A stretch of 64,000 nt of DNA from Candidatus Shapirobacteria bacterium (GTDB lineage: Bacteria > Patescibacteriota > Microgenomatia > UBA12405 > BS750m-G30), in the NCBI GenBank assembly GCA_043817235.1, contig JBDRHA010000008.1:112-64111 (forward strand), read 5' to 3'. Both the position numbers and the translations under genes were made by a program. Numbering within the stretch: the stretch's first letter is position 1; every line of letters starts with the position of its first letter. This document shows, in pieces, positions 55,403 through 64,000 of the stretch. The notes below the pieces were generated by a model. It saw nothing but the letters and a program-made list of their open reading frames with translations. It did not search any database and was not told the DNA's origin.

Positions 55403-56831
55403 CTTTATATAATTTTACTCCAGTTAAAGAATTTCCATAGATTAAAGGCAAGGACGCATATTTTTTTGGAAGCGGCGCATCATTGCCCAGCAATACATAA
55501 GTATATTCTTCTTGAGAACAAAAACTTGCCCAAGACTCGTGAGCAAAAGGAAAATCAACATAATAAAGATTATGAATTCCGTAAATTAATACCTGATCAT
55601 CTTTTGTAATATTTCTCTGAAAATAGCCATCAGTATCATAAAAATCGCCAAATCTAAAATTCAGATTTTGAGTTAAAAATTCAGATTTAGTTTCTCTTCC
55701 TAAGATGACCGGAAGAAACTTGACATTGCTCACCGATCTAATCCCCAAATGCAAAAGAGAAACAAAAAAGACTGAACTTATTAAAACTTTTTCCAGTTTT
55801 TCTTTTATTTTAATATCACAAAAAGGCAAACAAAATACACTTAGAATAAAAATTATTAAAGGAGGCGTAAAAGGCAGCAAGTAGCGAATAGAATGGGCTG
55901 GAGTAAAAAACCAATAAATAATTTGGAAAAAGGAAAGTAAAGAAATGATTTTTACTAATCTTGGTCTTTTTATTAGTCCAATCAAAGCTAGGGGCAAGAA
56001 TATAAGAAAAATTGGTGTAAACAAGCTGTCTGATAAGAAAGTAAACTCCCAAGGGATAAAAAATATTTTTAAAAAGCTTCTCTCAATAAGCGGGTAAGCT
56101 GACCGGGCATAGTCAGTAAATAAGGGGTAAAAGGGGTTACCAGTATATAAATAGGTGCGCAAATACCAAGGAAAAGAAACAAGAAGGGCAGGCAGAATAA
56201 TTTTTAACCAAGCAACTATTCCCCTTTTTAAGCTTTTTCCGGCAATAATTAAAATAATTAGATAAATAAATAAACTTCCCCAAGAAAGAAACTTAATAGA
56301 TAAAGAAAATCCAAGGGCAATACCCAAAGGATAAAGAAATATGTCTTTTCTCTTTTGAAACCAAAGAATAAAAAAATTTAACGCCAAAAGCTCAAAAAAA
56401 ACTACAGCCAAATCAACATAAGCAGTAATTGATAGCCAGCCGACAACCGGAGTAAGATAAAAAATCATTACGCCCAGTAAAGATATCTGAACTTCATAAA
56501 AGCGGCGCAAAACTTTATATAAAAGAAATGCACAGAGCAAGCCAAACGCCCAATGAATTATTTTGGCTAAAATCTCTCCCTGAAGAGCCAAGGCTCCGGT
56601 ATAAATTAGCTCCATTAGTCCCGGCTGTCCACTTGCATAAAGAAGACCGCCAGGGATAACCGGCATTTTCCCCCATAATAAATAAAGCTTAGGCAGAGTC
56701 AGATGATAAAACAAAGCGTCAAAGGAAAGCTCCGGACCCAAAGCTCCGATTAAATTAACTAAAGCTCCTATAATTATTAACGCCAGTGAAGCACCAGCCA
56801 TAAATATAAAACCAAAATAATAATTAGCCAA
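55383..56831 (-). CDS. GT-C fold (ArnT/PMT-like) membrane glycosyltransferase
   Basis: FDALFYHL, YVD, TGNPFYP, RYLLP; many TM segments. Confidence 0.7.
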   Translation of the reverse strand: MANYYFGFIFMAGASLALIIIGALVNLIGALGPELSFDALFYHLTLPKLYLLWGKMPVIPGGLLYASGQPGLMELIYTGALALQGEILAKIIHWAFGLLCAFLLYKVLRRFYEVQISLLGVMIFYLTPVVGWLSITAYVDLAVVFFELLALNFFILWFQKRKDIFLYPLGIALGFSLSIKFLSWGSLFIYLIILIIAGKSLKRGIVAWLKIILPALLVSFPWYLRTYLYTGNPFYPLFTDYARSAYPLIERSFLKIFFIPWEFTFLSDSLFTPIFLIFLPLALIGLIKRPRLVKIISLLSFFQIIYWFFTPAHSIRYLLPFTPPLIIFILSVFCLPFCDIKIKEKLEKVLISSVFFVSLLHLGIRSVSNVKFLPVILGRETKSEFLTQNLNFRFGDFYDTDGYFQRNITKDDQVLIYGIHNLYYVDFPFAHESWASFCSQEEYTYVLLGNDAPLPKKYASLPLIYGNSLTGVKLYKVANEKN

Positions 56832-57622
56832 ATCAAATACAAGCTATAACCAGCCTTTTCCCAGAAAAAACTTTTCTTTTTGCTTGATTGCCAAAGCTTA
56901 GCACGTGTTAAAAAAGAATGAAAAGACATTGCCATTGCAAAAATAAAACCAGCTGTTTTGTCCCGAAAGCCCTGCAGCCAAAAGTAATTTTTTAAGAATT
57001 TTCCCAAAGGAAAAGCAATGATCATAGATAAAGAACTTTTTTCTCCTTTTTTGGCTAACTCCTGGGCTTTTAGGCCAGAATAAAAATTTATTTTAGCAAG
57101 CAAATCACTTAATTCTCTGTGAGGATAATGAAGAAGAGGATTTTGAAAAAACCCTGTTTTTCCTTTTACTATCCATTCTTCATGAACCCTGCCTTTCCAT
57201 TTGCCAGCAGATTTTTTGGCCAAGCGTAAAAGTTTTACATGGGCAGTCTCGCCAAAATTCAGTTTTTGGTTAAGAAAATAATCCTGGCGAAAAAAATAAA
57301 AACCCTTATTCTTCTCTTTATTAGCGTTTCTTAGATGTCGCACAATTTCTTGTGAGAGAGAGGGGGTAACTTTTTCATCAGCATCCAAAAAAAATACCCA
57401 TTCGTTTTTCGCTTTTGCTAAGCCAAAATTTCTTTGCGAGGAAAAATCTTGATTCAAGTGCTTTTTGTAAACAGCCGCTCCCCTGCTCCGGGCAATTTTT
57501 GCCGTGTTGTCGGTGGAATAATCATCAATAACAATGATCTCATCGCAAAACCTAAGCGATTCTAAACATTTTTTAATCCGTCCTTCCTCATCTTTCGCAA
57601 TCACCACCCCCGATATTTTCAT
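56777..57622 (-). CDS. GT2 glycosyltransferase (WaaE/KdtX-like)
   Basis: IDDYSTD, QRNF, LDADE, VHE. Confidence 0.88.
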   Translation of the reverse strand: MKISGVVIAKDEEGRIKKCLESLRFCDEIIVIDDYSTDNTAKIARSRGAAVYKKHLNQDFSSQRNFGLAKAKNEWVFFLDADEKVTPSLSQEIVRHLRNANKEKNKGFYFFRQDYFLNQKLNFGETAHVKLLRLAKKSAGKWKGRVHEEWIVKGKTGFFQNPLLHYPHRELSDLLAKINFYSGLKAQELAKKGEKSSLSMIIAFPLGKFLKNYFWLQGFRDKTAGFIFAMAMSFHSFLTRAKLWQSSKKKSFFWEKAGYSLYLIWLIIILVLYLWLVLHWR

Positions 57623-58491
57623 TTTTTAAATAAAAACTTATATATTCTTAGCAACATATTATCAATTGCAAATAGCAAGCTTAAGCCCTCCCCTCTCGCG
57701 CCAAACCATTTTTTTATAAAATGCTTTTTTGAATTATCCCACGCCTTTTGGTTTATTTTTCCTTTCTTGTTTCGATTGCTACCTCCATGAAAATGCTTAG
57801 CCTTAGCGTTAGCTACATAATATATCTTATAATTAAGATTGTTTGCCCTAATACAAAAATCATAATCCTCAAGATAAAGGAAATAATTTTCGTCAAATTT
57901 TCCAATTTTTAAAAAATCTTTTTTAGAAAACATCATTAAGTTACACGATACTCCAAAAACATTAATATTTTTTTTAGTTCTTAATAATCTTTCATTCCAA
58001 AAATTGTTTGAAAATTTATTTTTCGGAAATATTTTTTTTAATGACGTAAATTCAAAAGCCAAGGTTTTAAAATCAGGAGCGTTGACTACTGTTTTTAAGA
58101 TGTCCTTGTTCCTCCAAGACAAACTTCTCCCGCCAAGAATAATCTTTTCTTCCTCCATGTGATCAAAGTAAAAGCTATAGATATTTTTAATAAAGTTTCT
58201 GTCCAAAACAGTATCTGGATTAATTAAAATAATTAACTCGCTGGTTGCTTGCTTAATTGCAATATTCACAGCATTTGCAAACCCTATATTTTCCGATCCC
58301 TGGATATATTTTCTCTTTACTTTTCTTAATTTAATTGATTCTTTAGAAAAAATATTCCTTGGTGATATTGGAGAATTATTATCGTACAAAATTATTTCAT
58401 CGGGAGCATAGCTTTGATTAGATATTGATTTCAAACATTTTTCTAAAAAAATATTACTTTTGAAAGAAATTATTATTATCGACAAGCTCAT
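57619..58491 (-). CDS. GT2 glycosyltransferase (WbbL rhamnosyltransferase-like)
   Basis: DNNS, NIGFA, INPD, FDENYFLYLEDYD. Confidence 0.85.
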   Translation of the reverse strand: MSLSIIIISFKSNIFLEKCLKSISNQSYAPDEIILYDNNSPISPRNIFSKESIKLRKVKRKYIQGSENIGFANAVNIAIKQATSELIILINPDTVLDRNFIKNIYSFYFDHMEEEKIILGGRSLSWRNKDILKTVVNAPDFKTLAFEFTSLKKIFPKNKFSNNFWNERLLRTKKNINVFGVSCNLMMFSKKDFLKIGKFDENYFLYLEDYDFCIRANNLNYKIYYVANAKAKHFHGGSNRNKKGKINQKAWDNSKKHFIKKWFGARGEGLSLLFAIDNMLLRIYKFLFKK

Positions 58492-58544
58492 GACAACAGT
58501 TTAATTATTGACAAACTATTTTAACATCTTTATTTTTATGTTGG

Positions 58545-60992
58545 ATGAATAATAAAAAATTGAGACATGTGCTGTTTTTATTCCTCCTTCCGTTCTCTTT
58601 AGCTTTAAAGCCGAAAATTTCTTTTGCCCAAACCATTCTTTTCTACGACAATTTTGACTCAGCTAGGGAAAACTGGAAAATACAGAGTCAAAATTGGAAT
58701 GTAATAGACCTTTTGGGAAATGGCGTATTACAAACTAGTTTTTTTCCAACAGACACTCAGGCATTAATCTTCCCTGATAATCTAGATTCCCATAATTGGC
58801 AAAATTATTCCGTAGAGGCTTCCTTGTACAGCATTAATGGGGTAGATCAAATGGTATGGATACGAACACAAGAAAATAACGGCAGCTATAGTTACTATTC
58901 TGTTAACCTCAGAGCGAAAGGCTGGGTAGACTCCGACAACATAAGAGTAAAAAAGGTCATAGATGACTCTCATGTATGGCTAGATCAGCTTAATCCTCCT
59001 GAAATTGGCTGCAGCATAGAAAATGATTATTTTTACAACATAATATTTAGTGCAATTGAGGATAAAATATCTTTACAAATAAAATGCCCTTCTGATTCTG
59101 AGTATCGTTTAATTTATGAAAAAATAGACTCAGATCCAATAGTCAAAGGGGGGTTTGCATTGCAAGCCTGGAGTGGTCACTGGTATATGGGCGTAGAGAA
59201 AATTTTTGACAACATCAGAGTTTCAGGTTTTGACCAAACGGAAAAATCAATTATCATCCTTCCAGGATTGGGGGCGTCGTGGAACACGGAAGCAATTCTT
59301 CTGGACAAAGAAAAGCCACAAGGTCAATGGCAAATGACGCCTTTTGTAAATATTTATGACAACTTGGTGGGTTCTCTAGAAAACAATGGATACCAAATAG
59401 GAAACGATTTATTTATTTTTAACTACGACTGGAGACAACCAGTAAACCAAATAGCCCAAGATCTGGATGCTTATATTGACAATAATCTTAGTAATCAGGA
59501 AGTGGACTTAATCGGCCATAGCCTTGGAGGGTTAGTAGCCCGAGCTTGGTGGCAAGACAATAACGACGAACAAGTAGGCAAAATTATCACCTTGGGATCT
59601 CCCCATCAGGGAGTATTGCAAGCTTATGAAGCTTTAGCCGGCGGAAAAATCAGCTCTGATTTTTCCTGGGGCGCCGGAGCCTTAAATATTCTTTTAAATT
59701 TAAGATATCCTCACTATAAAACAACCGCCCAGATCCTCCAAAAAGAAGTACCAGTGTTATTTGACTTGATGCCGGTTTTTGACTTTCTTAAAAAAGGCAG
59801 AAATAACATACCTTGGGAAAACTTAAGCTTTACTAATAACTGGCTAAAAGACAGTAATGATTCTCTTGCTGATTTAGATAAGCTTAATTTCATTAGTGGC
59901 AATAACGGAAAGAACGTAAACGAGTTATTTTTAGTAAAGTCCCCTACTTTGATAGAAGACTTGCTTGGTCTTTGGCCCGATGGCGTTCCTTATCGTTATT
60001 ATCAAGGAGACGGCGACTCAACTGTACTTTTAAAAAGCACTTTCTTAGAACCAAAAAATTCTTCTGTTTATTCGCTTAATCATCGCCAAATTATTTCCGA
60101 TTCCTCTGCAATAGAAAAAATATTTGAGCTTCTTAATATAAGTCCCCAAACAATTATCCAAAACGAGCCTTATTCAATAGATAATACCTTAGTCTTTTTA
60201 ATTGCCTCACCGGCATATTTACAGATTACTTCTCCGGATAAAAAGATCTATTTATCCGATCCTCAAGGTTTCATTGTAATCCCTTCTCCCCTAGCTGGCG
60301 ACTACCAAGCGGAAATTACAGGCACCGGAAACGGCGAATATCATTTTCTAATTGGGCAACTATTTTCTGATCAGCTTTGGGATGAATATCAAGGAACAAT
60401 AGAAAACGGAAGCACAATAAATTATTTACTTAGCATAGACCCTAATAGCCCTCAAAAAAATCCGATCGCCAATCAGAAGGAAAACCAGCTGAATGCGGCT
60501 CTAATTGAAATTAAAAATCTTCAAGAAAAATCAGCAAGTAAGTTTTTAGGCAAAGCCCGAGCAGAAATAGAAAAGGCGATTAATAAATCCCAAGGAAAAA
60601 ATTGGGCCCAGGCTATTATAAGCGTAAAAAAAGCGATTAATTATTTGTTTTCCTTTCGCAAGGAGCAAGCTGATTTATATAGTTTAAAACAAAGTGAAAA
60701 ATCGCTTTACCTGCTTTCTCAAGCGCTTTCGGTTTTATTGAAAAACGAGAGAAAGATTAATCCTTCCACTGCTAAAAAGGACTATCTCCAGGCCCAAAAA
60801 CAACAGTCTTTGGGCTGGCAGAAAATTCGCTTACTGCAAAGAAGAAAAAGTTTAAATGATTTAACCTTGGTCGCTAATCAAACAGGCGCCAAATTCTTAG
60901 AAAAAGCTAAAGATTATTTGGCCAAAAAAGATTTGGAATCTTTGTCTGCCTTTTCCTTTACCTCTTCCCGCTTTTTTAGGGAATTTTACTAA
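58545..60992 (+). CDS. Exported alpha/beta hydrolase (LCAT/PGAP1-like) with N-terminal lectin-like domain
   Basis: Signal peptide, LPGLGAS, YDWR, GHSLGG, LGSPHQG, GDSTV. Confidence 0.8.
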   Translation: MNNKKLRHVLFLFLLPFSLALKPKISFAQTILFYDNFDSARENWKIQSQNWNVIDLLGNGVLQTSFFPTDTQALIFPDNLDSHNWQNYSVEASLYSINGVDQMVWIRTQENNGSYSYYSVNLRAKGWVDSDNIRVKKVIDDSHVWLDQLNPPEIGCSIENDYFYNIIFSAIEDKISLQIKCPSDSEYRLIYEKIDSDPIVKGGFALQAWSGHWYMGVEKIFDNIRVSGFDQTEKSIIILPGLGASWNTEAILLDKEKPQGQWQMTPFVNIYDNLVGSLENNGYQIGNDLFIFNYDWRQPVNQIAQDLDAYIDNNLSNQEVDLIGHSLGGLVARAWWQDNNDEQVGKIITLGSPHQGVLQAYEALAGGKISSDFSWGAGALNILLNLRYPHYKTTAQILQKEVPVLFDLMPVFDFLKKGRNNIPWENLSFTNNWLKDSNDSLADLDKLNFISGNNGKNVNELFLVKSPTLIEDLLGLWPDGVPYRYYQGDGDSTVLLKSTFLEPKNSSVYSLNHRQIISDSSAIEKIFELLNISPQTIIQNEPYSIDNTLVFLIASPAYLQITSPDKKIYLSDPQGFIVIPSPLAGDYQAEITGTGNGEYHFLIGQLFSDQLWDEYQGTIENGSTINYLLSIDPNSPQKNPIANQKENQLNAALIEIKNLQEKSASKFLGKARAEIEKAINKSQGKNWAQAIISVKKAINYLFSFRKEQADLYSLKQSEKSLYLLSQALSVLLKNERKINPSTAKKDYLQAQKQQSLGWQKIRLLQRRKSLNDLTLVANQTGAKFLEKAKDYLAKKDLESLSAFSFTSSRFFREFY

Positions 60993-61066
60993 AACCTGTC
61001 CAACTCTTTACGAAAAAACTCGGACTGACTTCAAAAGAATATTGTCATAGCTCCGTTATCCATAAA

Positions 61067-61828
61067 TTACTTTTTCTTACAAACAAAGATAAAACTGCAA
61101 GGCACTTTCTTTGCCTTTTGAATTGAATAGTGTCTTGTCGGGTCATTGTGGCCTCTACTCAAATTTTTTGGTTTCGGCTCGTGGTAGCCAGCAATCTCAA
61201 ATCCAGCATTTCGCAGGAGTTTAAACCAAGTAGAAGTTTTGCGATAAGTAATATTCGCTGTTGCCCCTTCTTTTTTCCAATTTTTTATCGCAAGCGAATT
61301 TTCCTTGTGGTAACCGTAAACGACAATAAATTTTTTATCTTCGTATTGAACATTAGTGAAAAAAGTATGATCCCAGCTCCAAACAAATAGTCCTCCAGGC
61401 TTCAGGTATGAGTAAATATTTTTTAGCGTCTTTTCTGGCTCTGGTGTCCAGCCGATAGCGTAAATAGAAAAAACAAAATCCACCGGATCAATATCAATTT
61501 TTTCTTCCATTGGGCCTTGGATTAGCTCGACTTTCCCTTGTTTTATTTCTTTTTGGTTGTGTGCAGTCGTTGCTTCGATCTGTTTTGCCGACACATCAAG
61601 TCCGTAAACTTTTTTCGCACCTCTTTCAGTTAAATATTTTATCGAACGACCGCTTCCACAACCAATTTCAAGAAAAGTTTTACTCTCAATTTCTGGAATA
61701 AGATTAAGGTCGTCGCCGATTCCAAATGGTCCCCAAACTGGCAATGCACTTGCGTTGACGAATAAATCGGCTACCTTGTCCCAAGTTTTTTGATTTTCGG
61801 AAATTATTTTCAGAGAAGAATCGTTCAT
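61067..61828 (-). CDS. Class I SAM-dependent methyltransferase
   Basis: LEIGCGSG, GLDVS, LKPGG. Confidence 0.9.
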   Translation of the reverse strand: MNDSSLKIISENQKTWDKVADLFVNASALPVWGPFGIGDDLNLIPEIESKTFLEIGCGSGRSIKYLTERGAKKVYGLDVSAKQIEATTAHNQKEIKQGKVELIQGPMEEKIDIDPVDFVFSIYAIGWTPEPEKTLKNIYSYLKPGGLFVWSWDHTFFTNVQYEDKKFIVVYGYHKENSLAIKNWKKEGATANITYRKTSTWFKLLRNAGFEIAGYHEPKPKNLSRGHNDPTRHYSIQKAKKVPCSFIFVCKKK

Positions 61829-61922
61829 AAGATTATTTTAAAAGCTCATTAGCCTAAACATCAAGGCATTTACTAAATGCACCTAGTATTGGTGCGTTTG
61901 TTTGACGAAATCCGAACCTTTT

Positions 61923-62041
61923 TTGAACGGAACTGACGGCGCGCTTCGCGCGCCAAACTGAACGCTCGGGCGGGCAAAAAGGAAGGGGGTTGGGGGGAAG
62001 GAATTTTTGCCTGCCCTCGCTTTCCGCCGCCGCCGAATTTC
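61923..62041. repeat. 119-bp inverted repeat, left copy
   Basis: Reverse complement matches 63882-64000 at 116/119 nt. Confidence 0.9.
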
Positions 62042-62069
62042 TTGCCAACAAAGTTGGCGCGCCGCTAAC

Positions 62070-62405
62070 TTATTGTAAACCAAACAATAATCTTACGCCA
62101 ACTCCAACAAAAATTGAAAACACGTTCGCTATCCCCGAAACAATCAGTGAACGCTTCCAGTTTAGGTTAAATGCTAATTTATACCAAATCATTTCTATTA
62201 GAAATACTCCAAACTCAACTGGAATATATGGTGCATTTTGCACACGCAAAAAATATATGACTAGAGGGTGAGTTAAAGAGTTGATAAGAAATATCGCAAC
62301 TATCCATTGCCAAATTTCCCTCGGGCGTTGTATCGCGAGAATGATTGCGATTTCCGAAATGATTGTCGTGGCGTACGCGAGCAAAATTGCATTTTCGATA
62401 AACAT
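62070..62405 (-). CDS. Small 4-TM membrane protein
   Basis: Hydrophobic; INSLTHP, E..V...E, ANVFS. Confidence 0.7.
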   Translation of the reverse strand: MFIENAILLAYATTIISEIAIILAIQRPREIWQWIVAIFLINSLTHPLVIYFLRVQNAPYIPVEFGVFLIEMIWYKLAFNLNWKRSLIVSGIANVFSIFVGVGVRLLFGLQ

Positions 62406-63553
62406 TATTTCTGGCGTTTTTTAAGTAAGAAGAAAATAATTATTCCGACAAGCGCAAGAATTGGTAAATAGACGTACACCCGCATTAACGGATTTTTAGA
62501 ATTAACAAGTAGATCAATTTTTTTCTCTGGTGTTGGCTCATCCAACGGCGTAGCTGTAGTTGAATTTTCAATGGTGGTAGTTACGGGAGTATTATTTACT
62601 GGTTCATTTGTGCTTATGAACGCAAGAATTTTTTTGATTAAAGAATCGTCTCTTTTCTGAATGGGCCCATAATCTCCGCTAATAGCCACAGCGTCTGGGT
62701 ACTTATTTATGACTTCTTGTGATAATCGGTCAATAGTGTTGAAATCTGTTTTATGAGAGTTAATAAATTCGCCGTAAGATGCTTTACATCCCATAAGTTC
62801 AATTGCTGAAAGTGGATCTAATTTTTTAGTTGCGTCAAAACTGAAATCCCTATTATTGCCGAGTTTCCAAATAATATTTTTTTCAGAAACATCGTTATAT
62901 TGAGTAACGCTGAGTTGATGTTCAACTCGGATACGAGTATCGCACGATTTAATTGTGCTTTCTAATTGTTTAGCAAGATTTGTATATAATGTTTTTATTT
63001 CAAGATAAGATTGGTCGTTTGATATTTTTTGTTCTTCCTCGGACATAGAAGAGATAAAGGCGGTTATGGGAATACCAAAATCATACTTGGTTGGGAAAAG
63101 ACTATTAGCAGTGATTCCTGTAAAATGAATGTCAGCTGATCGTGTAACGCCAAGCCCTCTATATTCATATGGCCACATTCTTACAATACTTTCACTCGCA
63201 GTAATGTCATCTGTTGGTTTGTATTTTGCGTAATCGCTATACTGCTGGCGTTCTTTGCCGTTTATTATTTGGACACGATAAAGATTTCCTCCCTCGTCAT
63301 CAATCTCATAACATTTTCCCTTTTCCAAAATAACCCACGGCTTACCGCGATTTTCACCCACTCGTTGAGAATAATCAAAAAGAAAGAAAAAATCGCTTTT
63401 TAAGTTTTCCGGATTTATAACGCTGAGACAAGTAATTTTATTGTCCTTTACCCAATAAGTGATATTTGGGCCTCCGTCGTCTGCCCTAACAATACTAACA
63501 ACTCCCAAACCCACCACTAACGAAATAATTACGCTTAAAAATATTTTTTTCAT
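62405..63553 (-). CDS. Exported protein with C-terminal membrane anchor
   Basis: Signal peptide, Thr/Pro linker, terminal TM + KKRQK. Confidence 0.7.
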   Translation of the reverse strand: MKKIFLSVIISLVVGLGVVSIVRADDGGPNITYWVKDNKITCLSVINPENLKSDFFFLFDYSQRVGENRGKPWVILEKGKCYEIDDEGGNLYRVQIINGKERQQYSDYAKYKPTDDITASESIVRMWPYEYRGLGVTRSADIHFTGITANSLFPTKYDFGIPITAFISSMSEEEQKISNDQSYLEIKTLYTNLAKQLESTIKSCDTRIRVEHQLSVTQYNDVSEKNIIWKLGNNRDFSFDATKKLDPLSAIELMGCKASYGEFINSHKTDFNTIDRLSQEVINKYPDAVAISGDYGPIQKRDDSLIKKILAFISTNEPVNNTPVTTTIENSTTATPLDEPTPEKKIDLLVNSKNPLMRVYVYLPILALVGIIIFFLLKKRQK

Positions 63554-63568
63554 ATATTTATTATAAAT

Positions 63569-63766
63569 TTATTTAATTAAATCATCAACGCTTACCTCAA
63601 GAGCATTTGCTATTTTCTTGAGTGTATCAAGCGTTGGATTTTGGTTTTTACCAGCTTCTATTTTAATAATTGTATTATTAGCGACATCGGCCAATCTCGC
63701 TAATTTTTCTTGAGAAAGCCCCTTGGCTTCCCTAAGTTTTCTAAGTGTTTTTGTAATATTTGACAT
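63569..63766 (-). CDS. XRE/Cro-C1 HTH regulator
   Basis: LSQEKLA...IEAG...NPTLDTLKKIANAL. Confidence 0.9.
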   Translation of the reverse strand: MSNITKTLRKLREAKGLSQEKLARLADVANNTIIKIEAGKNQNPTLDTLKKIANALEVSVDDLIK

Positions 63767-63881
63767 ACTAATATCGTGATAGTAGAATTAAAATATAAGT
63801 GCTATTACCTTTCTATTACTTCAATGCTACACCAAAAATTAAAAATTGTAAACAGGCGGATCATTTAGCTAATCTAAATAC

Positions 63882-64000
63882 GAAATTCGGCGGCGGCGGA
63901 AAGCGAGAGCAGGCAAAAATTCCTTCCCCCCAACCCCCTTCCTTTTTGTCCGCCCGAGTGTTCAGTTTGGCGCGCGAAGCGCGCCGTCAGTTCCGTTCAA
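63882..64000. repeat. 119-bp inverted repeat, right copy (may extend past the window)
   Basis: Inverted match to 61923-62041. Confidence 0.9.

Noticed and set aside
56777-56831. Programmed frameshift between GT2 and the GT-C gene (55-nt overlap)
   Set aside because: Both frames have plausible starts and stops and overlaps are common in this compact genome; no further evidence
1-64000. CRISPR array or cas locus (the Cas4-like gene at 24965-25759 prompted the check)
   Set aside because: No regularly spaced direct repeats and no other cas genes; the nuclease sits alone in the gatC-htpX region

Overview
Low-GC bacterial chromosome segment whose gene content and style (short enolase, ppsA, polX, lemA-htpX, archaeal-type ProRS, CPR-type large serine recombinase) suggest Patescibacteria/CPR, probably Microgenomates (inference). 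A core backbone (secG, lexA, gpm-eno-ppsA, holA, ruvC, rmlCD, rplS, dnaE, gatCAB, htpX-lemA-polX, glycosyltransferases, 8 tRNAs) is interrupted by accessory DNA. (1) 1-4.5 kb holds an integron-cassette-like array with two complete and one half attC-like sites and no integrase in view, abutting a tRNA-Arg/His/Pro/Leu cluster. (2) A small GIY-YIG gene lies between a hairpin-disrupted partial tRNA-Asp copy and the intact tRNA-Asp. (3) Two tandem islands downstream of tRNA-Asp (30004-38528 and 38529-48022) share conserved left and right ends, the right end finishing in a degenerate tRNA 3' mimic. Island 2 carries a large serine recombinase, a LexA-like/mini-GIY-YIG/TIR/4TM candidate defence operon, a NucS-like nuclease behind a structured leader with a uORF and a switchable SD hairpin, two ProRS types and a truncated carbamoyltransferase. 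(4) Accessory genes lie between tRNA-Gly and tRNA-Thr. (5) A three-gene segment at the window end is flanked by 119-bp inverted repeats. No CRISPR array or rRNA seen. All calls are from manual reading; no searches were run.
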